IMG/VR virus record: IMGVR_UViG_3300010273_000005
Location: 1 to 36,630 of that record
DNA length: 36,630 nt
Reading direction: 5' to 3' (one strand)
Source of the DNA: a virus
Taxonomy: Duplodnaviria > Caudoviricetes
In this document: piece after piece, positions 7,912-17,627 of the stretch
How positions within the stretch are numbered: the first letter of the stretch is position 1
Layout of the letters: each line of letters opens with the position of its first letter
Position numbers and translations under genes: made by a program
The notes under the pieces: generated by a model
What the model was told of the DNA's origin: nothing
Database searches by the model: none
The model's input: the letters and a program-made list of their open reading frames with translations, nothing else

Positions 7912-8814
7912 TCACACCCCCGTGAACGCCTGCCGCCACCGCAGCACCACCGTGGCGTTCTGCAGATCGTCACCGGACTCGAACACCAGCGTGTTGCTGC
8001 CCGGAGCGAGCTGGATAAAGTCTGAATCGTCCGTAAGATACCCCACGGCGCTGATGCGGTTGCCGTAGATGTCCTGATACACCACGCTGATGTTGTCCGG
8101 GTCGGTATCAATGAACAGCCGCTCCCCTGCCAGCAGCGGACGGGAGAGCTTCATGGCTGCTCCCGTCGTGGTGTTCGAGATGGTGGGCATTGCCGCGGGG
8201 CCTATGATGTCGATCTGCAAGGGCAGTGCCGCGGCGCTGCTGTTCTGGATGGTCCGCCGATACCCGCCAACGCCGAAACTTGTGGACAGACAGAAGGGGA
8301 ACTTGATGCCACGGGAATTGTAGCGGAGATCAGCCGTGCTCCACTCAGGAGCATACCACAGCGGGCGCGCGCAGAAGATGGTCAGGGTCACCGGCGTGTA
8401 ATGCCTGCCCCGGAGCACCTTTCGCGCGCCCTGCTCCATTTGAGCGGAAACGGTTCCATAGGCGACGTATGAGCCATAGGTGGTGTTGTAGGTGATGGTC
8501 AGGTCCTTCTGCACCTGCCCCACAAGGCGGTTCAGGCGCAGGAGATTCTTGTCCATGGACTGCCGGCAGGCGTCGCCGGTTAAGCCGGAATCGCCGCTGA
8601 CATAGACAGACAGCGTCATCTCCCTCGGCTCCAGCAGGGCTTCTTCCCGGTACGCGCCGTGCATACCAGGCGCTTGCGTCGTGAAGATGGTGACGGCAGG
8701 GGTACCTGTAGAGCGAATGGACTCGAAAATAAAAGCACCGCATTTTTCGGTGCTGAAAAGGATCGAGTCTCCGGATGCGGCGGTCAGCCGCACGCTTCTG
8801 CTCAACATAGTCAA
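7912..8814 (-). CDS. Distal tail protein (Dit)
   Basis: Follows the tape measure gene; C-terminal SDFIQLAPGSNTL Sipho_tail motif. Confidence 0.8.
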   Translation of the reverse strand: MTMLSRSVRLTAASGDSILFSTEKCGAFIFESIRSTGTPAVTIFTTQAPGMHGAYREEALLEPREMTLSVYVSGDSGLTGDACRQSMDKNLLRLNRLVGQVQKDLTITYNTTYGSYVAYGTVSAQMEQGARKVLRGRHYTPVTLTIFCARPLWYAPEWSTADLRYNSRGIKFPFCLSTSFGVGGYRRTIQNSSAAALPLQIDIIGPAAMPTISNTTTGAAMKLSRPLLAGERLFIDTDPDNISVVYQDIYGNRISAVGYLTDDSDFIQLAPGSNTLVFESGDDLQNATVVLRWRQAFTGV

Positions 8815-11800
8815 CCTCCCGCCGCCTTCACGATGCCGCTCTGGACTTTCCTGCCGTCCACGTAGACCTCATACGGCATCTTCGTGCCCTGTTCCGCGCT
8901 GGCGATCACCGTCACGTTCCCTGCAGCGCGGCTGGATATGCTCCCCGACAGGTACCCGAAGTCGCCTTCCGGCTGGACGAATCCCAAAGCTTCCGACATT
9001 TTCGCCTTCACCTCGTTCACCATTGCTTCGGCCGCCCGTTTGATCTCGTCGAACTTGCCCTGAAAAGCTTTCAGAAGCTCCCCGCCGAGCAAATCGCCAA
9101 CGTCTGCATACTCCGTCTGGTATTCTTTGAGGATGTTCAGTATCTCGTCCTGCTCCTGCGACGCCAGCAGCTTCATGGCCTCTTTCATGAGATTGCGGGC
9201 GTCCAGAAGGGTTGCATAGTGCTTCTGGGTCGCGGCAATCTGGTCGGCGTAGTACTTCTGCATCCGTTCGGAGGACTCTTTGATTGCTTCAATCTGCCGG
9301 GCGGCCTGTTCTTTGATGAGGTCTTTTTCCTTCTTCAGGGCATCCTTCTGGGCCTCGATGTCCCGTTCCCATTTCTTTTCGGAAATCTCCGCTTCCTTGT
9401 CGGCGATCTGCTTGGCAAGCGCAGCGCGGTTGTAGGCGTCCTTCTCATACTCCAGAGCCGCTTTCAGGCGGTTGAGCTGGTCCTCGTCGTTCTCGTCTTC
9501 CTTCTGCTGTTTTCTCGCCTTCAGGAGCTCATCCAGCGCTGCGATCTGGTCGTCAATCGCCTTTACCTGCGCGTCCCTGACGGACTCTATGGCCTTGATC
9601 TGGGCGTCTGCCGCGTCCTTGGCTGCCTGTTTCTGCGCGTTTAGCGCGTCGAGTGCGAAGTTTCTTTGGGCTTCGTAGCGGCCTTTGAGCACCGTGGCAA
9701 TCTGGCTGACCAGCTCGTCCACATACTCCCGGGCTTCCGCTTCGGCGTCTTTGATGCGCGCGATCTGTGCCAATCTGGCGTCGGTATACGCTTCCCACAC
9801 CTGCTGCCGCTGATTGGCGGAGAGCCGGTCGTTTTTCAGCTGCTCCTCAAGGTTCTTGATGTAATCCTCAAGGTAATCTCCGTCGCTGGCCAGCCTGTAC
9901 TGGTTCAGCTCTTCTTCATACTTCGCCCGCTCTCTGACGGTCAGGTCTTCCCTATTGAGGATATCCTTGAGGACGGAGATGCGATTTCGCACCTCTTCCT
10001 CATCCATGGCGACGATGGACGAATAGAGTTCCAACCGGGCATCCAACTGCTTCTGAATAAGCTCTTTCTGTGCGTTGTAGAGCTTTTCCTCAAGGTCTCG
10101 CCGCTGTTCAGTAGTGAGTTTCGCGGTTTTGAGAATGCGCTCGTAAGCTTCAATCTGGCGGTTCGCAACATCCTCGCCCATGTTGGCGAGATGCTCCAGC
10201 TCCTCCAGTTCCTTCTCCCACCAGGTTCTCTTTCGGGACCCCCCGCCGCTTCTGCTGCTCCCACCGCCGGAGGGCGCCTTGACATTCAGGTTCAGCTTCA
10301 GCGAAGCGTCGAGGTCTGCCAGCTGCTGAAGCACCCTGGCCAACTCCTGCCTGGCAGCAGAACCGGCCTCCTGCACCTTCCAGAGCGCCAGAGTGGCCTG
10401 ATACAGGTTGTTGATGGCCGTTCTGGTGTTCTGCACCGACTGCTCCGCCATGGCGGCATCTGCATCCGCGAGCCTCCCAATGGCGTCGATGTTGTCCTCC
10501 ACGTTGGGATAAAGGTCACCATACTGCTCTTTGAGCTTCGCGACGGCGTTCTTGTACTCCTCCGTGCTGGTTTTACCCTGCCTGACGACCTTGACGTACT
10601 CCTGCATCTGCTTGGCGGTCTGGAGCTTTGCACCGGCCTCCCGGGCAGCAGTCAGGGCTTCTTCTGCGCTGGCCAGCTCTTTGACGGAGGACGCGGCTTC
10701 CATGTTCTTCGCCGCGAGTTCCGCCTGGGCGCTAGCCAGTCGTTGGGTGTCATTGATGGCCGCCTGGATGTTTTCCGCGAACCGTTCCGCCGTCAGCCCT
10801 TCCTGAAGCGCTCGCTCGACCTCCTGCTCGATGATCAGTTGCTGGGCCTCGGACAGCTCGCCAAGGGCTGCGATTTCCGTCTGGTATCTGGCCATGGCGG
10901 CTGCCTGGATTTGGATCTGGGCGTCGTTTTGCTCTTTGAGCAGTTCGAGCCGGCGTTCCTCGTAACTGTTCAGCCACTCCTGGTACTCTCTGGCCTTATC
11001 GATGGACGAGCCCATGCCGAAATATTCCCTCGTGTCGCCCGCGGCCAATTTCCGTTCATACTCGGCTTTCTTCTCATCCAGTTCTCTGAGCTTTCGCTCC
11101 ACCTCCGCCTGCTTCTGCTTCGCAGCCTCTTCTGCAGCGATGGCAGCATCCCGGGCGGCCTGTTGTTCCAGTTTCGCCTGCTCCTGAAGCAGCCGAATGC
11201 GTTCCCTAATCAGCTCGTTACCCGCCAGAATGGCGTTGCCTTCTGCGTCATACCCAATGACCAGTTCCGGGAAGATCTCTGCCAACCGGTTCTTCGCCGC
11301 GGCGAGCTCGTCCGTGGAAGCAGCGCCGCCTTCCAGCGCTCTCATGGCTTCCGCAGCGTCTTTGGCGTCCTGTGTCAGGCCGCGCGCGGATTCCTGCAGT
11401 TCTTTGAGGTTCTGGGAAGCGTTTTTCGCTTCTTTGGCGGCGTTGCTTGCTGCTACGCCGATCCCGACAAGTGCGCCAAGTGCCAGTCCGACCACGCCGA
11501 TCCAGCCCATAGAGGTCTGAAGCGCGATGTTTGCTTCCGTAAGCCTTTGGGTTACATAAGTCCAAAGCGAAATCGCGCCCGTGATGCCCCCGATCGCCAC
11601 CGTCGCGGCAACGATGCCGGCGGTGAGTTCGGGGTTCTTTTCAATGAAATCCGCGATTGCCTGGACGATGGGCGTCAGCGCTTCGTAAAGCGGCGTCAGC
11701 GCGTCCGCCATGACGCTGCCAAACGCCTGGCTGACCCGAAGGGTCGCTGCTTCCAGCGCCGCCTGCTGACCTGCGAACTCGGCGGCATACTTGGCCGCGT

Positions 11801-12818
11801 CGCCCACCTGGTACTTCGTCTCAGCCATGATTCCGTTGTACTCAGCCTGGCGTTTTTCTGCAAGCGTCAGACTGTCCACGGTTTTCCCGATGGACGCGGC
11901 GTACTCTTTCCACATAACGGAGACATTCTTCGTCACGCCGGCGTTGTCCACCAGGATGCTGTTTTCGTTCTTGATACCTTCGGCAGCGCTTCGGACGGCT
12001 TCTCCCAAAGAGAGGGACGCCTGCCTGCCGAAAGCCGCGGCATCCTTCAGGCGTTCGAGCATGTCGATGGCTTCTTCCGCGGAAAAACCTCTTGCAAGCA
12101 GGTTCTTCAGTGCGGAAGCAGCATCCGCAGCGGTCATGAGGCCGTCCGCAGTCAGGCTTTCCACAGCTTCCTGCAACTCCGCCATGCTCTGGCCGGTTCC
12201 TTCAGCAAGGGAGCGTAAGCCAATAAGAGCGCTGGCGTATTCGTTGTACGCTTCAATGGCGGAGCTGACGGCGGAGACGATAGCGCGCATAGCCACAGTT
12301 GCAGCAGCAGCCATGGCAGCGTACCCGATTTCCGCGGCGCGCTTCGCTTCTTCCGCGGCGCGCTTTTCCGCTTCTGCTTTTGCCTGTGCGGCGGTCTCCA
12401 CTTCCCGTGCCGCAGCTCGGGCTGCTTCTTTTTCTGCGTCCCGCAGTTCTGTGTGCGCCTGCTCAACGCGATTCAGGGCTGAGATTTCTTCACGGGCAGC
12501 CTGGTCCGCAAGCTTTTTTGCTTCCAGCGCGGCCTGAATGTCCGCCTCGCTGTTGCTCTGCTCCGCCTTCAGCCAGGCAAGGCGCGCCCGTTCCGCAGCC
12601 TCTTCCTTCGCTCTTGCGGCCTGTTCCGCGGCTTCCTTCGCAGCCTGCAAAGAGGCTTCAGCGGCAGCTTTGACGGCGGCAGCTTCCTCGGAAGAGAGCT
12701 GTTTTGCTCTGTTTGCGAAGGACTCCAGGCTGGCACGTGCTGTGGCAAGGCCCTGCTCCAGCGCACTGGTGCGCATCCGCAGTTCGACAATCAGGTTCTC
12801 TACCACATGTTCATCCAT
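8811..12818 (-). CDS. Tape measure protein
   Basis: 1335 aa, Ala/Glu-rich and helical with central hydrophobic segments; GIKNENSILVDNAGVTKN motif; position after chaperones. Confidence 0.92.
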   Translation of the reverse strand: MDEHVVENLIVELRMRTSALEQGLATARASLESFANRAKQLSSEEAAAVKAAAEASLQAAKEAAEQAARAKEEAAERARLAWLKAEQSNSEADIQAALEAKKLADQAAREEISALNRVEQAHTELRDAEKEAARAAAREVETAAQAKAEAEKRAAEEAKRAAEIGYAAMAAAATVAMRAIVSAVSSAIEAYNEYASALIGLRSLAEGTGQSMAELQEAVESLTADGLMTAADAASALKNLLARGFSAEEAIDMLERLKDAAAFGRQASLSLGEAVRSAAEGIKNENSILVDNAGVTKNVSVMWKEYAASIGKTVDSLTLAEKRQAEYNGIMAETKYQVGDAAKYAAEFAGQQAALEAATLRVSQAFGSVMADALTPLYEALTPIVQAIADFIEKNPELTAGIVAATVAIGGITGAISLWTYVTQRLTEANIALQTSMGWIGVVGLALGALVGIGVAASNAAKEAKNASQNLKELQESARGLTQDAKDAAEAMRALEGGAASTDELAAAKNRLAEIFPELVIGYDAEGNAILAGNELIRERIRLLQEQAKLEQQAARDAAIAAEEAAKQKQAEVERKLRELDEKKAEYERKLAAGDTREYFGMGSSIDKAREYQEWLNSYEERRLELLKEQNDAQIQIQAAAMARYQTEIAALGELSEAQQLIIEQEVERALQEGLTAERFAENIQAAINDTQRLASAQAELAAKNMEAASSVKELASAEEALTAAREAGAKLQTAKQMQEYVKVVRQGKTSTEEYKNAVAKLKEQYGDLYPNVEDNIDAIGRLADADAAMAEQSVQNTRTAINNLYQATLALWKVQEAGSAARQELARVLQQLADLDASLKLNLNVKAPSGGGSSRSGGGSRKRTWWEKELEELEHLANMGEDVANRQIEAYERILKTAKLTTEQRRDLEEKLYNAQKELIQKQLDARLELYSSIVAMDEEEVRNRISVLKDILNREDLTVRERAKYEEELNQYRLASDGDYLEDYIKNLEEQLKNDRLSANQRQQVWEAYTDARLAQIARIKDAEAEAREYVDELVSQIATVLKGRYEAQRNFALDALNAQKQAAKDAADAQIKAIESVRDAQVKAIDDQIAALDELLKARKQQKEDENDEDQLNRLKAALEYEKDAYNRAALAKQIADKEAEISEKKWERDIEAQKDALKKEKDLIKEQAARQIEAIKESSERMQKYYADQIAATQKHYATLLDARNLMKEAMKLLASQEQDEILNILKEYQTEYADVGDLLGGELLKAFQGKFDEIKRAAEAMVNEVKAKMSEALGFVQPEGDFGYLSGSISSRAAGNVTVIASAEQGTKMPYEVYVDGRKVQSGIVKAAGG

Positions 12819-12827
12819 AGTCTCACC

Positions 12828-13055
12828 TCACCACAAATCGTCCCCGTAGGCCTCTTCCACCCGCTCTTCCGGTGGTGCTGAAAGCCTCGCATACTCGCTG
12901 AACACCAGCGCCAGCTCGTCGGGGTAATAGTCCTCCAGCAGCTCCCGCTTGGAAATGCCAATTTTCAGCCCCGCGGCAATCAGGCCCTGGAGCCACTTTT
13001 CATCTGCGGCGCCTTGCGACTCCAAAGATCGCCCAGCGCCGCGACCACGTTTTTT
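12828..13055 (-). CDS. Tail assembly chaperone C-terminal extension (gpGT-like), reached by -1 frameshift
   Basis: Slippery heptamer A AAA AAC at 13055-13049 in the upstream frame; the -1 frame stays open to 12828, just before the tape measure gene. Confidence 0.8.
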   Translation of the reverse strand, partial: KKRGRGAGRSLESQGAADEKWLQGLIAAGLKIGISKRELLEDYYPDELALVFSEYARLSAPPEERVEEAYGDDLW

Positions 13056-13429
13056 AGGTCGTTGACCTCCCACACGGTTTTGATGATTTCGACGATACCC
13101 GCCGGGCCGATGTTGGGGTCTTCCCGGAGCTTTTCCTCGGGGATGCCGGACAGCTCGGAAAGCATCTCCAGCAGCATGGGCGCGGCGGTGGAGAGCGCGC
13201 CGGAGATCAGCCGGACGAGCATCTGCTCGTCGAGGTTCTTCAGGTCGGAAAGCACCTGATCCAAAGTTTTGCCCGGCCAGATGGCGTTGAGAATCTTCGT
13301 GGGGGCGGTCTGAATCGTCTCAAGGGCATTCAAAAATGCCCCCATGGGCATCTTCTTGATTTCGTACCCGCAAACCTTCACGGTCCTGGGCAGGGATTTT
13401 CGCATGAAGTCCATGGTCGTTTCCTCCAT
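12980..13429 (-). CDS. Tail assembly chaperone (gpG-like)
   Basis: Lies between major tail and tape measure genes and contains the slippery site. Confidence 0.8.
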   Translation of the reverse strand: MEETTMDFMRKSLPRTVKVCGYEIKKMPMGAFLNALETIQTAPTKILNAIWPGKTLDQVLSDLKNLDEQMLVRLISGALSTAAPMLLEMLSELSGIPEEKLREDPNIGPAGIVEIIKTVWEVNDLKNVVAALGDLWSRKAPQMKSGSRA

Positions 13430-13438
13430 GGGGAGGGG

Positions 13439-14017
13439 TTAACCCTCCCCCGCGGTGATGGTGTCCAGGGTGTCCAGCCAGGTGAGGTCAGCCGCTGTGG
13501 TGCTTTCCTTCTTGCGGGTCACCTTGCCGTCCGCCATGCGGCTGCCTGCTTTGAAGGTGACGGTGTAACGGGAGCCGTCCCTGTTGTCGCCTCTGGTGGT
13601 AGGGTCCATCTTGATCATGGTCACCACGCCGGAGTAGTACTGGACCATGAGGTAGTTGCCGTCCCTCATGAGGCAGCGGAAACCGAGGGCGAGCTCCGGC
13701 GCGATGGAGTTCGCGCCCCAGCTGTACACGCCGGTCTCGGAGTCGTAGTCGGCGCCGTCCAGCTTGGCCATGAGCTCCAGCGGCAGCTCCTGCAGCTCGA
13801 TCTCCAGCGTTTCGTTCTGAAACTCGGAACCGGAATCGTAGATACCGTCGTCGGCGTAGAGTGTAATGTCCTCCACGCTGCGGCTGACGGTGGCTTTGGT
13901 AACAGCCGGTAAATCCACCTTGGTGCCCACGGTGTAAGTGGTGGCGGAGTTAACCGTCACCGGCCAGATCCGGCAGCCGGAAAAGCCCTTGATGCCTTTC
14001 TTCGTAGTTCCTGCCAT
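13439..14017 (-). CDS. Major tail protein (phi13-like)
   Basis: LYADDG...ELELQELP...APELALGF motifs. Confidence 0.88.
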   Translation of the reverse strand: MAGTTKKGIKGFSGCRIWPVTVNSATTYTVGTKVDLPAVTKATVSRSVEDITLYADDGIYDSGSEFQNETLEIELQELPLELMAKLDGADYDSETGVYSWGANSIAPELALGFRCLMRDGNYLMVQYYSGVVTMIKMDPTTRGDNRDGSRYTVTFKAGSRMADGKVTRKKESTTAADLTWLDTLDTITAGEG

Positions 14018-14020
14018 GTT

Positions 14021-14350
14021 TTAACCTCCTAAATCGATTTGGTACATCATGTTTTTGTGGTCGGGCGGAATGTCTGCGCAGTGCGTGCGAACAAAGCCCA
14101 GGGCGGAGAGTTCTTCGTCCACCCTCTGGGCGACGGGGGTGATCTGCTCAAAGCTGTCGCCCCAGATGTCGATGGTGAACTCGATCAGCGAGGAGTACTC
14201 CTCGTCATCCGCATGAGCATCTGGCACATTCCGGGACTCAAAGTAGCTGACGCAGGGAAGCTCCGCGTCCGCTTCCGGCAGGGACGGGTAAACCCGTTCG
14301 CATGCCCGTTTGAGAGCGGCGTAGACCTCCTCTTTGATGTCCAGCAGCAT
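14021..14350 (-). CDS. Tail terminator/completion protein
   Basis: LPCVSYFE...FTIDIW...ALGFVR; position before the major tail gene. Confidence 0.75.
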   Translation of the reverse strand: MLLDIKEEVYAALKRACERVYPSLPEADAELPCVSYFESRNVPDAHADDEEYSSLIEFTIDIWGDSFEQITPVAQRVDEELSALGFVRTHCADIPPDHKNMMYQIDLGG

Positions 14351-14734
14351 TTACTTCCCTCCCATCCTGCGTGAGATGACGCGCAGCACGTTCACCCGTT
14401 GGCTGTCCAGAGCGCCTTTGAGGAAGTAGCGCCCCGGAACATACCCGATGATCCTGTCTCCCCTGCCCTTGATGCGGTGGCCATACTCCACGTGAATGGC
14501 GTACTCGGCGTTGGTGCCGACCTGTGCGACGAGGTCGCTGCCGTCCGTGGTCAAGCGAGTCTTGATGGAACTTCGAAGGTGCCCGCTGTCCACCGGCGCG
14601 CGGCGCTTCGCTTCCGCCTGAACGACTTTGGCAGCGGACTGGAGGGCGGGGGCAGCCCGGTCAAGATACTCCTCCACGTTACCTCGAATCGCGTCCTCCA
14701 GGCTGGAAGCATCGATGCGAAACTCTATGGCCAT
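14351..14734 (-). CDS. HK97 gp10-family protein
   Basis: APVDSGHLRSSI...VGTNAEYAIHVEYGH. Confidence 0.88.
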   Translation of the reverse strand: MAIEFRIDASSLEDAIRGNVEEYLDRAAPALQSAAKVVQAEAKRRAPVDSGHLRSSIKTRLTTDGSDLVAQVGTNAEYAIHVEYGHRIKGRGDRIIGYVPGRYFLKGALDSQRVNVLRVISRRMGGK

Positions 14735-14737
14735 GCT

Positions 14738-15076
14738 TCACCTCCGCACAAGCAGAAGAACCGCCATGCTCCGGTCGTCCGGCACCGCCTCGATGCGATA
14801 CCACGCATCTCCAATCCTGGCGAGGTTCCCCAGAGCCGCCCAGGCCGTGGGCAGGGTGAACACCCGCTTTTCCGCCTGCACGGTCAGGCCGTACTCCTTC
14901 TGCGCCAGTTCCGAGGAATAGGGCTGGATGCTGCAGCGGACCTCGCCCAGAAGCTCCGGTTCGCCGGCAATCGATGTGCCATACTTCCCTGTGGTCTGAG
15001 TTGGGCGGTACAGCGCGATGCTGTCCGAATGCAGCGTTTCCGCCACGGTTTTCGCCATGCGGTCGAAGTTCACCAT
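14738..15076 (-). CDS. Head closure/head-tail adaptor
   Basis: Likely start ATG 15076 (MVNFDRMA) with SD GGAGG, overlapping the upstream stop; CSIQPYSSELAQKEYG motif. Confidence 0.7.
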   Translation of the reverse strand: MVNFDRMAKTVAETLHSDSIALYRPTQTTGKYGTSIAGEPELLGEVRCSIQPYSSELAQKEYGLTVQAEKRVFTLPTAWAALGNLARIGDAWYRIEAVPDDRSMAVLLLVRR

Positions 15077-15402
15077 GCCAGCCTCCGGAAGCGGTTCAAA
15101 ATGGTGGTGTAGTTCTTCAGCAGACCGCTGGTATCCTGACTGGCTGCGTCTTTGTAGCTGACGGACACATCGCCCTGGGACAGGCTCGCTACTGCGCCCA
15201 TAGGGGCCTCTTTCTTCCCGTAGCCCTCCATGCGGTACTTGTCCGCCGCCATGGCGGTCACCGTCCACTCAAGGGCAGACGGCAACTCGTCCAGATTGCA
15301 GTAGGCCAGCACAGCCTGCGTGGCAAAGTCCAGGCAGAACGCGAGGACAGCGTCTTCGCTGTCCCCGTCTATGCCCAGCAGGATCTTCAGTTTGGCGAGC
15401 AT
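15070..15402 (-). CDS. Head-tail connector (SPP1 gp15/HK97 gp6-like)
   Basis: LKILLGI...YCNLDELP...VASLSQGDVSVSY; SD AAGGAG before ATG 15402. Confidence 0.82.
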   Translation of the reverse strand: MLAKLKILLGIDGDSEDAVLAFCLDFATQAVLAYCNLDELPSALEWTVTAMAADKYRMEGYGKKEAPMGAVASLSQGDVSVSYKDAASQDTSGLLKNYTTILNRFRRLAW

Positions 15403-15414
15403 GGTGTACACTCC

Positions 15415-15582
15415 TTATCCGGACTTGAGCGCTTTGGCTTTCGAACCTTCAGCGTCCTTCTTCTCAGCAGAAGGAGCATGCGCGTCCTCCGGCTCCTCTA
15501 CATACCCCAGGGCTTTGAGCGCATGAATTTTCGCCGGACTCTCCGCGTAGCGAATCACGTTATCCAGTCTCAAGCGCACCAT
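15415..15582 (-). CDS. 55-aa head-module protein (not in ORF track)
   Basis: SD AAGGAG, then MVRLRLDNVIRYAESPAKIHALKALGYVEE...KSG*; fills the gap after the capsid gene exactly. Confidence 0.75.
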   Translation of the reverse strand: MVRLRLDNVIRYAESPAKIHALKALGYVEEPEDAHAPSAEKKDAEGSKAKALKSG

Positions 15583-15592
15583 GGTGCTCTCC

Positions 15593-16513
15593 TTACGCGC
15601 CGATGTTCACGCGCACGGCGGCGAGCCTGTTCGCCGGAATCCACAGGTCGTGGTACTTCCTGTAGTCCAGCTTCCACGCGTCCGCTTTCTGGTTGACGTT
15701 GGGCTCGAAGATGCGCACCTTCTCAGTCTTGGAGATGGCGATGGGCGCGGTCCTGCGGCAGATGATCCAGTTAATCTGCTTCGCTCCTTCCGCGGGCGCG
15801 AAACCGCCGGCTTCCTGACCGGTGCTGGTGCCGTCCTTGATGACGTAGGCAGTCTTCATGCGATTGGACGGCACCTTGATGATGGGCACACCGTCCAGCG
15901 CCTTGACCTTCGTGGTCACGCCGCCCTTGGTGAAGTCCGCCACGTCCAGCACCCTTCTTACTTGGTCGCACTGGTCCAGCACGTTGGCGGCAGGGATGGA
16001 CATGGTGATGACGAGATCGGCAAGGTCGCCGGCGATATCCTCTACGGTGGCGATATCCTCCTTGAGCCTGGTCAGAATGTCTTTCGCATCCGGTGTGTAG
16101 CCGGTGGTGACGTTGCCCGCGGTGTTCGCCAGCGCGTAAATCTTGCTGTAGCGGTAGGAGTCTACCTCCGGCACGACGTGCAGGCGCTGGAACTCGGACA
16201 TGACGGTGGTGGCGTTCGCCACGAAGCCGGTTTCGTCTACGTCCATGGCGTCCAGCTGGAAGGTGCGGCCGCGGTCCTGGGTCATGACAAAGGTCTGGTA
16301 CTCGAGGGTCACGGAGCCCTGCACGAAGCCGTCGTCGCGGTCATAGTCCGCGAGGCCCTGCAGGCTCAGTTTCGGAATCTTGACTTCTGCGCCGCCGTGG
16401 TACTTCACCTGGCCGGCGTTCGCTTCCATCCAGCCGGAAGTCGCCAGAGCGACCATCTGCTTGTCCAGCGCCTGCTGGAAGATCGTTGCGTATTGCAAAG
16501 TGTTGATCGGCAT
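15593..16513 (-). CDS. Major capsid protein
   Basis: 306 aa after the scaffold gene; QDRGRTFQLDAMDVDET, VVPEVDSYRYSK and YRKYHDLW motifs. Confidence 0.88.
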   Translation of the reverse strand: MPINTLQYATIFQQALDKQMVALATSGWMEANAGQVKYHGGAEVKIPKLSLQGLADYDRDDGFVQGSVTLEYQTFVMTQDRGRTFQLDAMDVDETGFVANATTVMSEFQRLHVVPEVDSYRYSKIYALANTAGNVTTGYTPDAKDILTRLKEDIATVEDIAGDLADLVITMSIPAANVLDQCDQVRRVLDVADFTKGGVTTKVKALDGVPIIKVPSNRMKTAYVIKDGTSTGQEAGGFAPAEGAKQINWIICRRTAPIAISKTEKVRIFEPNVNQKADAWKLDYRKYHDLWIPANRLAAVRVNIGA

Positions 16514-16536
16514 GTTTTAATCCTCCGTTTGATTGG

Positions 16537-17130
16537 TTAGGTTTGGGGCAGCCCCATGAGCTGGAGCACCGTGTTCAGCTCCGGACTCGTTTGGGCGGTT
16601 TTGCTGCCTTCCGCGGGGTTGATGCCCTTGAATGTGGCCTGCTGATTGCTCTCGGGCTGCTTGAACAGGAACGCTTTCTGCTCCTTCAGCGCCTTCAGCT
16701 GCTCGTCAAGTCCTGAAAGCTTGCCGTCTTGCAACTTGAGTTGCTTTTTGTCCACCAGCCCTGCCACGATGTCTGGATCGTGGGCATCCGTCAGGGCGGC
16801 GCGCAGAGCATAGGTGAGTTCAAGGTCTGCCATGGCAGCCTTGTACTCCTCCGCCTGCTTCTTCGCGTCCTGCTGCGCCTTTTCAAGCTGGGTTTTCAGC
16901 TCCGTTGGATCGCCGGCAGCCTTCAGGTCGTCCAGCGCTTTCTGGGTGTCCTTTGCCAGCTTGTCGGCAGCCTTGTACTTCTCGTTCAGCTCGTCAAACT
17001 TGGCTTTGGGAATGTAGCTGCCGTCATTGACGATGGCAAGCTCCGCGTCCTTTCCGCCTTCCCCTTTGCCTTTCAGCGCAGCGGTGACTTGGTTAAAGAG
17101 CTCTTCGCCCAGCAGTTCTTTGAGATTCAT
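16537..17130 (-). CDS. Capsid scaffolding protein (GP20-like)
   Basis: YIPKAKFDELN...GLDEQLKALKEQKAFLF. Confidence 0.88.
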   Translation of the reverse strand: MNLKELLGEELFNQVTAALKGKGEGGKDAELAIVNDGSYIPKAKFDELNEKYKAADKLAKDTQKALDDLKAAGDPTELKTQLEKAQQDAKKQAEEYKAAMADLELTYALRAALTDAHDPDIVAGLVDKKQLKLQDGKLSGLDEQLKALKEQKAFLFKQPESNQQATFKGINPAEGSKTAQTSPELNTVLQLMGLPQT

Positions 17131-17213
17131 TTCCTTCCGTTCCTCCCGATTAGGTTTTTTACGGGTAACCCGCCCGCACTCCGGTCCGCGCGCTTCACCC
17201 GGCGCGGCAGGGC

Positions 17214-17240
17214 AAAAATAAAACGCCCCGAAGGACGTTT
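17214..17240 (-). terminator. Intrinsic terminator upstream of the scaffold leader
   Basis: Minus strand reads AAACGTCC-TTCG-GGGCGTTT-TATTTTT (cUUCGg loop). Confidence 0.75.
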
Positions 17241-17259
17241 GAAACGTGATGGTATTTGA

Positions 17260-17577
17260 CTAAACGCATCCAGCCTGCATCATGGCGGCGTTCAGCCGGC
17301 TGAGCTGCACGGCGATCCACTCGACCACCGTTTCGTCTCGTGCGATATCCGTCAGTCCGCTCTCGAACAAGAAGGCGTGAACGATCTCGTGCCGGAGCAC
17401 CTTTTGCTTGTACGCGTCCATGTCTGCAAGGTTCATGAGCTCATCGGCATACTTCTTTTTAACGGATATCGTCCGATTCGTCGGGTCGCTATAACCATCT
17501 GAATCGGTCAGCCTGGGGTTCTCTTCTTCGGTTTCGAACAGAACAGTCCATTCGCTTCCAAGAATCTGAATGGTCAT
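17260..17577 (-). CDS. Small HExxH (metallopeptidase-like) phage protein
   Basis: VLRHEIVHAFLFESGL...DETVVEWIA. Confidence 0.75.
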   Translation of the reverse strand: MTIQILGSEWTVLFETEEENPRLTDSDGYSDPTNRTISVKKKYADELMNLADMDAYKQKVLRHEIVHAFLFESGLTDIARDETVVEWIAVQLSRLNAAMMQAGCV

Positions 17578-17596
17578 GCATTCTCCTTTCGGGCAT

Positions 17597-17627
17597 ATAA
17601 AAACCGCCTTGCTTGCGCTTGGCGGTT
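17597..17627 (-). terminator. Terminator closing the candidate toxin/immunity cassette
   Basis: AACCGCC / GGCGGTT stem then TTTAT on the minus strand, directly after the 52-aa gene. Confidence 0.65.

Noticed and set aside
9666-12218. 850-aa plus-strand ORF
   Set aside because: Antisense shadow of the GC-rich tape measure gene; no motifs or SD.
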